A stretch of DNA of 63,993 bases, filler included, from Chiloscyllium plagiosum (GCF_004010195.1; 4 parts of one record of this genome joined end to end with filler, not necessarily neighbours in it), one strand, 5' to 3'. Numbered from the whole stretch's first letter, positions 1 to 12,884 are shown. Numbers and translations: made by a program. Notes: generated by a model from the letters alone, not told the origin.

Positions 1-418
1 ATCTCAGTCCCAACCCTCGGACTCAGCACCGCCTTCTTGACCTGCAATCTTCTTCCCGACCTCTCCGCCCCCACCCCGTCTCCGGTCTATCACCCTCACA
101 TTAACCTCCTTCCACCTATCGGAATCCCAATGCCCCTCCCCCAAGTCCCTCCTCCCTACCTTTTATCTTAGCCTGCTTCTGATACCTTCCTCATTCCCGA
201 AGAAGGGCTTATGCCTGAAACGTCGATTCTCCTTTTTCTTCCAAGTCCCTCCTCCCTACCTTTTATCTTAGCCTGCTTCTGATACCTTCCTCATTCCCGA
301 AGAAGGGCTTATGCCTGAAACGTCGATTCTCCTTTTTCTTAGATGCTGCCTGATCTGCTGCGCTTTTCCAGCAACACATTTGTCAGCTCATCTCCAGCAT
401 CTGTAGTCCTAACTTCTG
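1..418 (+). mobile_element. Penelope-like element 3' UTR/terminus (family A) with degenerate hammerhead motif
   Basis: C-rich UTR nearly identical to 58800-59058, which follows a GIY-YIG ORF; carries CCGAAGAAGGGCTTATGCCTGAAACGTCGATT. Confidence 0.8.
141..340. repeat. Exact 2 x 100 bp tandem duplication
   Basis: 141-240 is identical to 241-340. Confidence 0.95.
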
Positions 419-424
419 CCTCAC

Positions 425-845
425 AGATGGTGGGCAGGCTTCGGACAGACAGATAATGAATTATTCACTTAAGGATTCCTAGCCTTTGACCTGCTCTTGT
501 AGGCACTGTATTTACATGGCTAATCCTGTTCAGCTTCTGGTAAATGGTAATCACTAGAATATTGATAGTGGGAGATTCAGTGATCATTGAATGTAAAAAG
601 CATGATCCTTGGATTCTCTCTTGTTGGAGATGGTCATTGCCTTCTGTAGCATGAATATTACTTACCAATTTTCAGCCCAAGCTTGGATATTACCCAGGTC
701 TTGCTGCATTTGGACATGGACCATTTCAGTATGTGTTATTATAAACAGTGCTGACCATTGCACATTCCCACTTCTCATGGGAGGGAATGCCACTGATAAT
801 AAAGCAGCTAAAAATAGTTAGGCCTAGGACATACCTTGAGGAACA
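425..845 (-). mobile_element. L2/CR1-like LINE RT-end fragment
   Basis: ITESPTINILVITIYQKLNR peptide, shared with copies at 16710-16925 and 27250-27400. Confidence 0.7.
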
Positions 846-1760
846 AGGACTCTTGTAGTGCAGTGGTGGTGTCCTGGTACTTCTGAACCAGGAGTCCTTG
901 GCTCACTTCCTACCTCCTTCAGAGATGTGTAACAACACCTTTGAGCATGTTGAATCAAATAAATGAAGAGATGGACATAGGGTGCTTGTGGCACAGTGGT
1001 AGTGTCCCAACCTCTGAGCCAAGCGACCTGGATTCAAATCCCAACTGCTCCAGTGGCGCGTGGTACATCTCTGAATAGGTTGATTAGAAAATATCGAAGA
1101 CAAACCCAATGGGCTCTTCTGGTGCAGTGGTTGTGCCCTTAACTCTAGACCAGGAGGCCCATGTTCAAATCCCACCTGCTCCAAGGCTGTTTGATAGCAA
1201 CTCTGAACAAATTGATGAGAAAACGTTTCAAATAGACAGACCCACGATGTAGATGGGTAGATTGGTAGTCTGCTCCTAGGCCTGGCCAAGCTAGCTATAA
1301 ACAGGTCCAGGCAGTGGCCTGTGGAAGGGTTCATATCTGTCAAGTGCCTGCCACACTTCTATGAATACATTAATGCCTTGGTGTCCATCAAAGCTCTTGA
1401 GAGAGGCAGCTACTGCAGGGGATAAACCACTTTATTCCCCCTCCAACTCCATTTGTAATTAGCCCCTCCCCACTCTCCCTATTTTTAATATTTCACAGGG
1501 CCCATAAAACACTTTGCACGTAAACTTCTAATGGGCTGCACAGATGATCACTGATAGTGATTATTTGTTGGAAATCGAAAAAAAGGCACGGTGATTTGGT
1601 GATGGGGAAGTCGTTCAGGTGCATGGTAGCACTTCCAGATAATATAACAAAAGGCAGCCCCATGAAGGACTCGATTAGCACATTGGTAGTGTCCCTACCT
1701 TTGAGCCAGGAGGCTCAGGCTCAAATCCCACCTGCTCCAGAGGGTAGAAAACATCTAAGA
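846..1760 (+). mobile_element. Cluster of 4-5 related tRNA-derived SINE units
   Basis: Units at ~847, ~980, ~1111, ~1667 with A-box-like TGG(C/T)(A/G)CAGTGG and B-box-like TTCAAATCCCACCTGCTCCA. Confidence 0.7.
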
Positions 1761-1889
1761 CAGACAGAATGTCAAAGCAGTTATAAGGCAGACCCACCCC
1801 TTCCAACTCCATTTTTATTTAGCCCCTTCCTGCTCTTCCTACCTCTCCCGGATAGTTTGCAAAGCCCTGAAACGGATTTAATTGGAAAC

Positions 1890-2835
1890 ATTGGACGGTA
1901 CGAAAGCTTAAACACGCATACCAATACGTTCAAGAATGGAATGGGACTATTTGGCGCTGTTCATTTGGCCCCGCCGTTTTGGCTCTAAACTGATTTGGTG
2001 CTCATTACTTTGGCCTGAGGTGTTTTGGCGCCAATTCAAAAAAAAGTCTTGTAGAGCATGTAAGAAATTTGTTTTTATTGCATTGCAAGAAATAAATATA
2101 ATTCTTTTTTATCCATTATTTTTAACCTATTCATTATAAAATCGAATTTATACATTTTGCTACATTTATCAAACACATATAGATAACCATCGTGTGAAAA
2201 CTTTGGTTTGTCTCTCTTGCTTAGACTGTTTTCAGCCATTTCTGGTATGGGCTCTACTAGAAAATAGAAAGAAAATTGTATTATAGCTTTCCAATGTGAA
2301 GACAGAAGGGCTTAAGTATCATCAAGGCAGTAGATGACTATTAACAATTGTTAAGTGAGAAAATGATTACAAATCGAGATTTGAATCTACAGCGGGTCAT
2401 TACAGCTTTGGCTATCAACTCTTGCTAGTTGAAAAAATTACACCGGGTCATTAGTCATCCTCTCTTCTTTAACCAAACAACACTTTTTTAAAATTCTGAA
2501 TTGGCGCCAAAACAGCTCAGTGCCAAAGTAATGAGCGCCAAAACAGTTTAGAGCCAAAATGGCAGGGCCAAATGATCGGCGCCAAAATGTACCCGACTCT
2601 TCAAGAACATCTTCTTTCCCGCTGGCATTAGACTTTGGAGCTGACTTCTCAAATTTCAAATCTGATGTTGATCTTGCTTTTTTGCACACCCTCTTTGCAG
2701 CAGTAACTTTGTGTTCCTCATTCCGTTCTATCACCCTATGATCTTTGTATGCTATAATCTGCCTGTACTGTACACAAAACGTTTCACTGTACTTGGGTAC
2801 ATGTGACAATAATAAATCAAATCAAATCAAACCAA
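1890..2835 (+). mobile_element. Rex1/Babar-like LINE 3' end, split by a DNA transposon
   Basis: Rejoined frame reads GRYESLNTHTNTFKN|IFFPAGIRL; tail ends CATGTGACAATAATAAATCAAATCAAATCAA. Confidence 0.6.
1938..2599. mobile_element. Non-autonomous DNA transposon, MuDR/MULE-like
   Basis: ~110 bp imperfect TIRs (1938-2050, 2480-2599) with periodic TTTGGC; flanked by TTCAAGAA(T/C) at 1929-1937 and 2600-2608. Confidence 0.75.
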
Positions 2836-2949
2836 ACCAAACATGGGCAATTTGCTGGTGGTGGTTAATAGAAGGACAAAAAAAAGGTATCACACATAAA
2901 ACCATTCAGAGCTGTGCATGGTAACACTTCTGGACGTTAAATAATAAAG

Positions 2950-3813
2950 CAGGGTAGCGATGGACATCCAGCTCACAGTGATGCCTCCTTCACCTGATGA
3001 CGATGGCGGTCAGTCCTGAAGTTGTGCACCATGTAAAGGTTGCTCAGGTGCGCGGTGGAATCCCGTCTGCATGTACCCCTGCCCAAACAGAATTTCACAT
3101 TGGCCTCGGGTTCCTGAGCCTGCCTCAGGAGCTTGGGGCCCACACCCTGAGCCGCCTCACGGCCAAGCCCTCTGTATCCTTTCGCCGTGCGAAGTGGCGG
3201 GTTTTTTGTACTGGCTGCCGCTGCACACCATCCACCTCGAGTCTTACCATCCGCCACTCGGTCATGCCATGACATCCTTACTCCCCGCTGGGCAGGAGGG
3301 ATCCTAAACAGAGGGCTCTCTGTGTGGGAGTTCTCTGTCTCTCCCCTTAAGGACCAAGGGTAGAGGATGCTGCATTCAGCAGCCCCTTATAACTGCAGAT
3401 TCTGGCATGTCACACTCTCCCAGCCCAATTGTTTACTTTGCAGTGCAGTGGAGTCAGTGAAATATGGATGTAATACGGTTGGGAAATTGCACCCCCTTTT
3501 CGACCGCTTAAAATATCTTTCGCTGTTCTTTTGGTTGCACTTTAGCCCTATGCTCCTGATCTTCTAGCACTCGGTGCAGAGGGGTACGGGCAGATCAAAG
3601 GACCTCCCTATGGCTCTGCTCCATGCAGTAGGCTGTGGAGAGGAGTCATCTCTGCCGACTGCCTACCCCTCTTCTGTGGTTACGTTTCAGCCTGGACTGT
3701 CATTGGAGAGGGAGCATGTGGTGTCCACCACTACTCTCGATGCCTTCCGAGACAGTTGGGCATCGCATGGGGTACAACACTTTATTTCCCCTTCCAAATC
3801 TACTTTGACTTAG
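2950..3813 (+). mobile_element. Tx1-like LINE ORF2 C-terminal remnant
   Basis: GC-rich decayed frames including QPNCLLCSAVESV (zinc-finger-like) and LEREHVVSTTTLDAFRDSW. Confidence 0.6.
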
Positions 3814-4125
3814 CCACTTCCCGCCCTCCCTATACCACCCCTCTCACTGTTGACGGGCTGCATCGCCCACACCAATGGGCTTTGCTTGGAAATAATTAGT
3901 TGGCTACATGGGTGTTTTGACTAGCAGTGGTTGGTAGTTGAGGAAAGAAATAAAATACCACAGGTGGTGGGGAAATAAAAAAATGTCCTATAAAAAATGT
4001 GTATAAGAGCAGGGATATTTTAAAAAGGCAGACGCAGGGGATGGGTGTGCAGAGCTGTCCCCGGGCTAGGACGAGGTAATGTATGGCATGAATAGTGGCT
4101 CTTTTTTGGTGTTCAACAATGAATG

Positions 4126-4415
4126 ATATAGAACATAGAACATTACAGCACAGTACAGGCCCTTCAGTCCTCGATGTTGCGCCACCCTGTCATACTAATC
4201 TGAAGCCCATCCCACCTACACTATTCCATGCAGGTGTGCCTGTCCAATGATGACTTAAATGCACTTAAACTTGGCAAATCTACTACCGTTGCAGACAAAA
4301 TATTCCATACCCTTACTACTCTGAGTAAAGAAACTACCTCTGACATCTGTCTTATACCTATCCCCCCTCACTTTAAAGTTGTGTCCCCTCGTGTTTGTCA
4401 TCCCCATACTTGGAA
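4126..4415 (-). mobile_element. CR1/HER1 3' end
   Basis: TRGHNFKVRGDRYKTDVRGSFFTQ and (TTCTATG)n-type tail. Confidence 0.8.
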
Positions 4416-5544
4416 AAATGTTCCATTCCAGCCAGGCTCCCTGAATTATAACAGGCAGTGGCTGCTCCCACTTTGCAAACAAAACCTTTAACTGTAGTTC
4501 AGACTGGACATAGTCACAGTATCCACCTTAAAGTATGCTGTGTCTCTCACTTGGAGATACAACTTGAAACAGTATAATGCAAAGAACATTTCAGGATCCC
4601 AGTCTTTAATTACATAGAACATTACAGTGCAGCGCAGGCCCTTTGGCCCTCGACCTTGCACCAACTTGTATTATTGCTTGAATTAATATCAACAGAAGAA
4701 TTTCAGGTTTACAGGTTTTGCACATGAATTGATGCTTTTATTTCATCATTCTGATTCGCATTTGTATTTATATTTTGCAGCAAACAATATGTTGGCATGA
4801 AGTGATCAGAATCTTGGCCAACTTCTTGTGATAAGTATTTGCAGAAAGAACACTAACAGCTTGAAGCAGGGAACAAAACTTTCAACAGAAACGAATCTGT
4901 CTGTTTCCAAATGTATCCCTTATATTTTGGTGAACTCTTCAATAACAAACAAAATCCATTAGTATAATTGTAGTTTTATGCACTATTTGAGGCAATTTGT
5001 TTCTGTAAAGAAAGTGCATAAGATATCTCTGACATACACAGTGATGGAGGTACAAGTTCTTGAGCCACTTATCCATTCACAGCAAACAGCTTGGTCTTAA
5101 TAGTTTTGTAACACATTTGGTATCTTGCCACTTGAGTGCATCATCAAGCCTTTCCTCGCAGTTTTCACTTCCTCGCAAGTGTAGGCTCCTGCTTAAAGCT
5201 GACCAGATTAACCCTCAAAAAGGTGCCAGTTACCATCCATATGCACGCGTCCAGATAGCCTTCTTCCTGTACTCAGGTAAAAACCGCAGTGCCAGCACTG
5301 TAGCTATGAGAAATAGAAAAGGACACTTATTAAAATCGACCCAAGATAAAAGGCACAACCTAAAACTGTTTCCCAAGGTATGATAGGACCACTGTGGTCA
5401 TTTAAGGGCACTGGGGTTTATCAATACAAATATACAGATTTCGTGTCATGCAACTCAATAACAGTATTATATATTGTCGCAATGGATAATGGTTATAGTT
5501 TAACCCAATTTTTGTGAGTTGATAAGTTTATTTTTTAATTCGTA

Positions 5545-6235
5545 CTTCAAGCAGGTTAGATTATAAAGAGTAGGGCATTCTTACTGCTATGGTACAAGGT
5601 GCTGGTGAGACCACGTCTGGGGTATCGTGAGCAGTTTTGGTCCCCTTATTTAAGGAAGGGTATTATTTTACGGGAGGCAGTTCAAGGAAGGCTTACCACA
5701 ATGATCCCAGGTATGGAGGGATTATCTTGTGAGTAAAGACTAAACAGGTTGGGAATCTACTCACTAGAGTTAAGAAAAATGAGAGGTGATCTCATGTGAA
5801 GTGTTAAGGACAAATGCTAAGAGATGGTCCCCCTCCAGAGTCGAGGACCAGACAGAGGTCATAGTCTCAAATTAAGAATGCCAATTTAAGACTGAGATGC
5901 CGAGACATTTCTTCTCTCTGAGGGTTGAGAGCTTTTGAAGTTCCTTGCCACAGATAGCTGTGGGTCAGAGTCCTTGTGTATATTTAATGCTGAGATTGAT
6001 AGATGCTTGATCAAGGGTTATGGGGCAAGGGCTGGAAAGTGGATGTGATGAATGTTGTCGAGAGTGTGGTGCTGGAAAAGCACAGCAGGTCAGGCAGCAT
6101 TCGAGGAGCAGGAGAATCGATGTTTCGGGCAAAAGCCCTTTATCAGGAATGGTGGACCAGTCATGGTCCTATTGAATGGCAGAATATGCTTGAGGGGCTG
6201 TTCCTTTTTTCTTATGGACTATGTTCTTATCTAAT
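5545..6235 (+). mobile_element. CR1 3' fragment, interrupted at 6055-6150
   Basis: LVRPRLGYREQFWSPYLRK-like RT C-terminus and CR1 tail. Confidence 0.75.
6055..6150 (-). mobile_element. Short PLE-derived element (family A) with degenerate hammerhead
   Basis: Minus strand begins ATTCCTGATAAAGGGCTTTTGCCCGAAACATCGATTC. Confidence 0.75.
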
Positions 6236-6820
6236 CAATGCGAGTCAGTAAATCCTGCTATTTAATGATAAAGTATCATTACTTCACACACCCATATTTG
6301 ACAAAAGGTCGTTTATTTTAGCAATTTCTTGCAAATCTATCAACACTTTTATTGGGGAATTGTGCAATGTAGCTGAAATACTTTCAGAAACCTTTCTATT
6401 GTGTAAATTTCAAAATTATAAAGTTGCTTTATGGCTGCAGTTGCTCTGGCTAGTTCCTGCAACAATAAAACCGGCAGAAAGTTCCACTCTCACTGTCAAT
6501 AACTTTGTGGCACATATTATTCATCAATTTAACCTAGAAAATTGCTTGTTTTTGAAGTGCAACTAATTGTAAATTCAAGTAGAGTTTGCATCTGATTTTC
6601 AATAGTCTGCATCCAAAACATCATTAATAACCAACACGTGGGCAGTGGGATTCAAGAACTCTCACTAATTATTCCACTAATTATTCCAAAGCAGATGACC
6701 AAACACACATAAAGGTTCCAAACAAAGAAACAAAATTTCCACACAGTCTGAAGGCAATCAACTAAAAGTTCCGAGATGTAAACGTAACACAATGATAACT
6801 CAACCATAACCAGTTCTAAT

Positions 6821-7356
6821 TCACAGCAGCAGCAAATGAATGTTTATGTGGATAGTTATTCTTGCAGCAACACCATACCATTTGAATCTGAATTTATCAC
6901 AACAGCTTTCGACACCATCTGTAATCAGCCGTTTATCCAAATCATTCAGTGAGGCATTACCAGGTTTGATTGGATGATTATTGCCTGTGTTGCAATGATA
7001 TTCTCCTCAATCTTCAGTCCCACTTACTTGGAATTGGCAGGTCCTGTAATCATAATCTAGCTTGGTATACCCAGCCAGTGTTTTACAAATGACAGAATAA
7101 TCAATCTCAGGTGGCAGGCACAGATTATGTACTTATTCAGTAAACAGCCAGCAGCCAGCATGTTGTAAAATAACACTCTTCGACCCTGTATTTTTAAAGT
7201 AATCACAAGCTGGTCAACTTTCTCAGCTCCTCCTTTCCATGTGTCAACGAATGAAGTTGGACATCCACCGTTACATTGACCAAGAGACAGATTCTTTATA
7301 TCCGAGCATGGAAGAAGTTCTGGACAATTATTTGAACCAGCTCCAACAAATCTATG
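6821..7356 (-). pseudogene. Candidate decayed intronless Cys-rich coding relic with Ig-like ED*GEYHC motif
   Basis: Two overlapping minus frames joined by an inferred frameshift near 7213; only 2 internal stops in ~130 codons of the second frame; motif at 6992-7015. Confidence 0.35.
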
Positions 7357-7427
7357 TTAACTGGTCGTTTGCTATTCATGGACTTATGCTGTGCATACAT
7401 TAAACTCCCATGCTACTCCTACCTAAA

Positions 7428-8383
7428 AACAGAACATAGAACAATACAGCACAGAACAGGCCCTTCAGCCCTCGGTATTGTACTGGCCTTTTATCCTACT
7501 CTAAGATCAGACTAACCTACATACCCTTCATTGTACTGACTTCCATGTGCCTATCCAAGAGTTGCTTAAACGTCCCTAATGGCTCTGACTCTCCTACCAC
7601 CGCTGGCTGTGCATTCCATGCACCCACCACTCTCTGGTTCAAGAACCTGCCTCTGATATCTCCCCAAAACCTTCCTACAATCACCTTAAAATTATGCCCC
7701 CTCGTGATAAACATTTCCGCCATGGGAAAATGTCTCTGGTTATTTACTCTATCTATGCCTCTCAACATCTTGTACACCTCTATTAAGTCATTTCTCGTCC
7801 TTCTTCAATCCAATTAGAAAAACCCTAGATCCCTCAATCTAAGACATGCCCTCCAGTCCAGGCAGCATCCTGGTAAATGTCCTCTGCACCCTCACTACAG
7901 CTTCCACATCTTTCCTATAATGAGGCAACCAGAACTCAACCTAATAATCCAAGTGTGGTTTAACCAGTGCTCTACAGACCTGCAGTATAACCTTGCAGCT
8001 CTTGAACTCAATCCCCCTGCTAATGAAAGCCAACATACCATAGGTCTTCCTAACAACTCTTTCAACTTGGGTGACAACTTTGAGGGATCTATGGACATGT
8101 ATCACAAGATCCTTTTGTTCCTCCACACTGCCAAGAATCCTGCCTTTAACCCTGTATTCTGCATTCAAATTTGACCTTCCAAAGTAAATCACTTCATACT
8201 TTTCCAGGTTGAACTCCATCTGCCACTTATCAGCCCAGTTCTGCATCCTGTCAATGTCCCATTGCAACCTACAACAACCCTCCACACTATCCACAACTCC
8301 GCCAACCTTCATGTCATCGGCAAACCTATTAAACCACCCTTCCACTTCCTCATCCAAGTCTTTTATAAAAATCACAAAGAGCA
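7428..8383 (-). mobile_element. CR1 LINE 3' part (RT)
   Basis: RFADDMKVGGVV and LVKPHLDY motifs; ORFs 7941-8432 and 7517-7777. Confidence 0.9.
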
Positions 8384-9214
8384 AAATAGTGACGAAAGTC
8401 ATCGGTTGTGAACAAATTGAGACATTTGACAATTTACTGAGTAAATCAATGTTTTTATTTTTAATGAGACTGTAGTGAGGCAGTAGTGGTCAAGGGGCGA
8501 GGATATAAAGATCAAACCCATTTCCATCTTCAGATGACCTCTATGTATGCATTTTTCAGTGGCAGATTATAATCAGATTCCTTACTTTGCAACACAGCAA
8601 CTGAGGCCAATAGGGTACAAGTTTTATTCTGGAATGCGTTCATCAGTTGATTTGTACACAAGTTGGAACACAATACAGCCATTCTTAAGTGCAGTAAACA
8701 TTCCTATGTTAGATCTTTAAAATTACACTGCATGAGATTGTGGTTCATCAATCAGATGTTAGTAAATCGAGGACTCCTTGTATCCCATTCCTCTCACCTC
8801 AGCTACTATCACTAGGTATCCAGGATGATCAATTATCTCAGTACAGGTCAGTGATCAGATCGACAACCTTCCTGGAGGGAGGGTTGATCGAGTTCTGCTT
8901 TCCATCTTGTTTAGCATGGCAGGACATCAAGGAACTACAAACTCAAAGATTGCTTTAACTAACCATACAACAATCGAGTTATTGAGGATGTATCTAACCT
9001 CGATTCCCAGCTCTATTCTCCGTTGACCACATTTTTAAGCTGGCAGAACTTTGTTTCAAAGTATATGATGAGATTATTCATGAAGTACTCGGTTGTAATG
9101 GGTACTTTCTGCACATCAAATACCTCAGTACAAGTAAAAGACAGAGCAGTGAAACAATATGTATTAGATGTTGATATATTTGGAACACTCTGGCAAAAAC
9201 ATCAGTCTTTTTAA

Positions 9215-9720
9215 CAATGAGTCATTGAGATGTACAGCACAGAAACAGACCCTTCAGCCCAACCAATCATACTGACTGCAATCCCAATAAAACTAGTCTC
9301 ATCTGCCTGTTCTTGGTCCACATCCCTGCAAACATGTCTTATTCATGTATTTATCTAAATACCTTTTAAATGTAGTAACTGTACCCGCATCCACAACTTA
9401 CCCTGGAAGTTCATTCCACACACGGACCACTCTGTGTGTAAAAAAATTGTCCCTCATGTCTTTTTTACAACTTTTCTCCTCACCTTAAAAATATGTCCCC
9501 TCGTGCTGAAACCTCCACCCTAGGGAAAAGACACCTGCCATTTATCTTATCAATACCCCTCATGATTTTATAAACCTCGATAAGGTCACCCCTCAGCCTC
9601 CTACACTCCTGTAAAAAAAAAGTCCCAGCCAATCCGGTCTCTCCTTTTCACTCATACCTTCCTTTCCTAGCCACATCCTGGTAAATCCCTTCTGAATCCT
9701 CTTCAGCTGAATAATAACAG
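9215..9720 (-). mobile_element. HER1/CR1 3' end
   Basis: Reverse complement of the tail at 33500-33955. Confidence 0.8.
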
Positions 9721-9908
9721 TCACCTTATTCAGACACCATTGACTCTCACTTGCGCTAGTTGAGCATCTTTTTTGGACTTCATCAGTGATGGAGTAAATA
9801 ATAATTTATGAAGCAGCATTGCAAAACTTAAACCACAGAATGCACTAAAACATTTTGCATGCAAGCCAATATTCACAAAACTGACAAAACACCAAAATCA
9901 TTAATATA

Positions 9909-11400
9909 AAAATAAAGGACTCTGGATGCTGGAAATCCAAAATACAAAGTGCTGGAGAAACTCAGCAGGTCAGGCAACATCTGTTGAGAGAGAAGCAGAG
10001 TTAACATCAAATCCAGTGACCCTTCACGATAACTGAAATTATTTAGGGAAGGGCTCTATTTATGTCGATTATAGGGTTAGTGGCAAGGGAAGGAGAATAG
10101 AGTACACGGAGACAGTGCCGAGAGAGGGAGAGAGAAGAAAATAAAGGGATAGCCAAAGAAGATTGCTGATCATAATTTGAGAGAGGGATCATTTCCAGGA
10201 AGGTGCTAAACACAAGTGTGAGCAGGTGAAAAGGTGTTGGCTGCGCTGTGAGCAGTCCACATACACAACTAGACCTTGGGGTTTGCAGGAAGATAAGGCA
10301 CAAGGAAGAGGGTGTTCACATTCTGAAATTGTTAAACTCAATGTTCAGTCGTGAAGGTACCCAGTGGAAGAGATGGTGTTGTTCCTCCAGATTGCATTAA
10401 GTTCCACTTGAGCACTGCAGCAGGCCTGAGACAGAAATGTTGGCAACATGGCGGTGTGTTGAAATGGTAGGCAACTGGCAGCTTGGGGTCATTTTTGTGG
10501 GCACAGTATAGGTGCTCTGCAAAGCTGTCACTCAGTCTGCGTTTTGTCTCCCCGGTATAGAGACCACGCAGTGAGCAGTGTACATAGTAGACGAGGTTGA
10601 ATGAAGTACAGGTAAAGTGCTGCTTCACCTGGGATCTTAGATAGAGAAGAGGGAGGAGGTAAATGGGCAACTGTTACACTTTTTGAGATTGCATGGGAAG
10701 GTGCCATGGGGGGGGGGAAACGGGAGGTGTGGAGGGTGTGTGGAAGTGTTGGGAATGAGAGAGGAATGGACCAGAGATTCCCACAGGGACTGGTCCCTGT
10801 GGAGTGCTCATAAAGGAGGAAAGGGGTATCTGTCTCCGGTGGTGGCATCCCATTGGAGGTAGGGGCAGGGGTTGGTGTAGGACCAGGAGGACCCCATCAC
10901 TGTTGTGGAAAAGAAGACCAGGAGTGATGGCCGAAGTGCAGGAGATGAGTCAGACATGGCTCAGGGTCCCATCAACCGCGGTGATGGAGAATCCTCAGTT
11001 GAGGAGAAAAAGTGATCATTTCTGAGGTCCCTGCCACAGAAGGTAACATCATCAGAGCAGATGAGACGGAAAGGAAAATGGAGACACTGGGAGAGTAGGA
11101 TGGAAGCAGTATTTGATTATGCATACACAAGGTAATTGTGGGAGTCAGTACATTTGTGGTGGATATTAGTGGGTAGCCTAACCCCAGAAATGGAAAACAG
11201 AAGTATCAAGGAAGGGAAGGATGGAGTCAGACATGGATCAGGTGGAAACTAGAAGTTAAATTGACCAATTTTCCCCATTCTTGGGAGGAGAGGAAAGCAG
11301 CACCAATGACATCATCGATGTACTGGAGAAAGAGTTATGGAGCAGGACAGTAGAAGGTCTGGAAAAAGGAATGTTGCTGGTACCCCACAAAGAGACAGAA
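9909..11400 (-). mobile_element. Decayed Penelope-like element (RT + GIY-YIG + terminus)
   Basis: LFLQYIDDVIGAAF near 11295-11335; FTCTSFNLVYYVHC..GLYTGETKRRLSDSFAEH in ORF 10338-10670. Confidence 0.85.
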
Positions 11401-11641
11401 TCATTTCTCTTCTTTCACCTCATACCTGTTTAACATTTTGTTAAATTTAACATGAGCAAGTGTCAGGGAGCAAAAACAGGAGTGTTCAGATTGTATTACC
11501 TTCTGAACTTCTTGATCTGATGATCGCCTCACAGTCAATGTCTGGTATTCATGAATTTTCTACATATAGATGCACATGCAGTGAGGGAGTATTTTTGACA
11601 GGAGATGACTGCATTTTCATAGCAATGTTTTTCTGTGCTAG

Positions 11642-11715
11642 ATTTCAGGAGCCAACTACTAAAGACCACCTGATTCAAAAACAAACAACTCATCCCATTA
11701 CTGAAGGTCCAACAG
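11642..11715 (+). CDS. Candidate internal coding exon (phase 2 to 1): FQEPTTKDHLIQKQTTHPITEGPT
   Basis: Pyrimidine tract + TAG acceptor, CAG|GTACAT donor, open frame, non-repeat context. Confidence 0.4.
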
Positions 11716-12109
11716 GTACATCAATACCTGAATGGGTAAAGCTAGTTTTAAACTAACCCATCAGGTAGGAAATCAGTGGGTTCAGGCAAGGCTCATATTT
11801 TTCATCCACCTGTTTTTATTGAGTGTTGACTCCAATAAAACACATAACTAGATTATGTGTGAAAACTGCCTGTTTCTTGCTCAGGTAATTAGACTAAAGT
11901 CACCCCTTTAGTTAAAAAAAATTGCAGCACTCATTAAAAAAAAGATCAGATTTCACTTATATCATTTTAGATGATAACAAGACTTGTTATTCAGCCTGTC
12001 AACGCTTCACTCACACCATATCTGCTATTTTTTCACACTCTTAATTACTTAGAATTATCTTGCAATGATCTCTCTGCCTATAAATTCTGTAAATATGCAC
12101 TTCCCTCCA

Positions 12110-12200
12110 CTTCACTTGACGACGGGGCAGCACTCCGAAAGCTTGTGATTTCAAATAAATCTGTTAGACTATAATCTGACGTTGTGTGATTTCTGACCTC
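12110..12200 (+). mobile_element. PLE terminus (family B) with degenerate hammerhead
   Basis: CACTTGACGACGGGGCAGCACTCCGAAAGCTTGTG followed by AAATAAATCTGTTAGACTATAA. Confidence 0.7.
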
Positions 12201-12406
12201 ATTTTAAAAAAGTGCAGATAGTCCAAAAGCTCACAATGGTGCAACATTAGCTGAAAGTTTAGACGTGACAAGTTGTGATTCTTCTCAGCATTTTCTCTGA
12301 AGAGTACAGCGCTCTTCATTCTGAGAGTGGGGAAGGGGGAGGACACAAAGTGACACTCTGCATCAAACAGATATCTTCAATCACAATGTTGGCTGGTGGA
12401 TGGGTT

Positions 12407-12407
<1 letters not shown>

Positions 12408-12444
<37 letters not shown>

Positions 12445-12468
12445 CGTGCGTGCGTGGGGGGGGGGGGG
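12408..12468. repeat. (TG)n/(TGCG)n microsatellite plus G run
   Basis: Direct reading. Confidence 0.95.
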
Positions 12469-12639
12469 TGTACTTTGCAGTGTGAAAGTGTCTGTAGACT
12501 GAAAGCATGGGAAATTTGCAGATCTGAAATCTGTTTCCTTCGGGCTGGCGGGGGAGGGGGCATTCTAACATTTAGAAATGAAACTTTCTGGGGCAGGAAC
12601 TAAAGACAAATTAATTGGTGTCCTCATAGTCTGGTGAAA

Positions 12640-12762
12640 CCAAGGGTTTTTGCCCGAAACGTCAATTTTCCTGCTCCTCGGATGCTGCTTGACTGGCTGT
12701 GCTTTTCCAGCACCACTCTCATGTAGACTCTGATTTCCAGAATCTGCAGTCCTCACTTTTGC
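12640..12762 (+). mobile_element. Short PLE-derived element (family A)
   Basis: AAGGGTTTTTGCCCGAAACGTCAATT ... TCTGCAGTCCTCACTTTT. Confidence 0.75.
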
Positions 12763-12884
12763 CTGCCTGAAATCTCAGATAATCAGAGGCACACTTCCTG
12801 GGGTGCTATACACCCATAAATCCAGCCATCGTCAAGTGCAGATGTATAGCTCACTAAATCACATTTATTTTACTTCAGTCAGTC

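Noticed and set aside
141..340. Tandem hammerhead dimer that could supply the dimeric active form
   Set aside because: Exactly 100 bp, fully identical including core-damaging mutations; more likely an assembly duplication
1945..2035. CRISPR-like periodic repeats
   Set aside because: 6-bp units inside transposon TIRs in a eukaryote; no repeat-spacer structure or cas genes
4781..4912. Exon-like segment after TTTTGCAG
   Set aside because: All three frames hit TGA early and the donor is weak
12275..12603. VCVC/THTH ORFs
   Set aside because: Microsatellite translations
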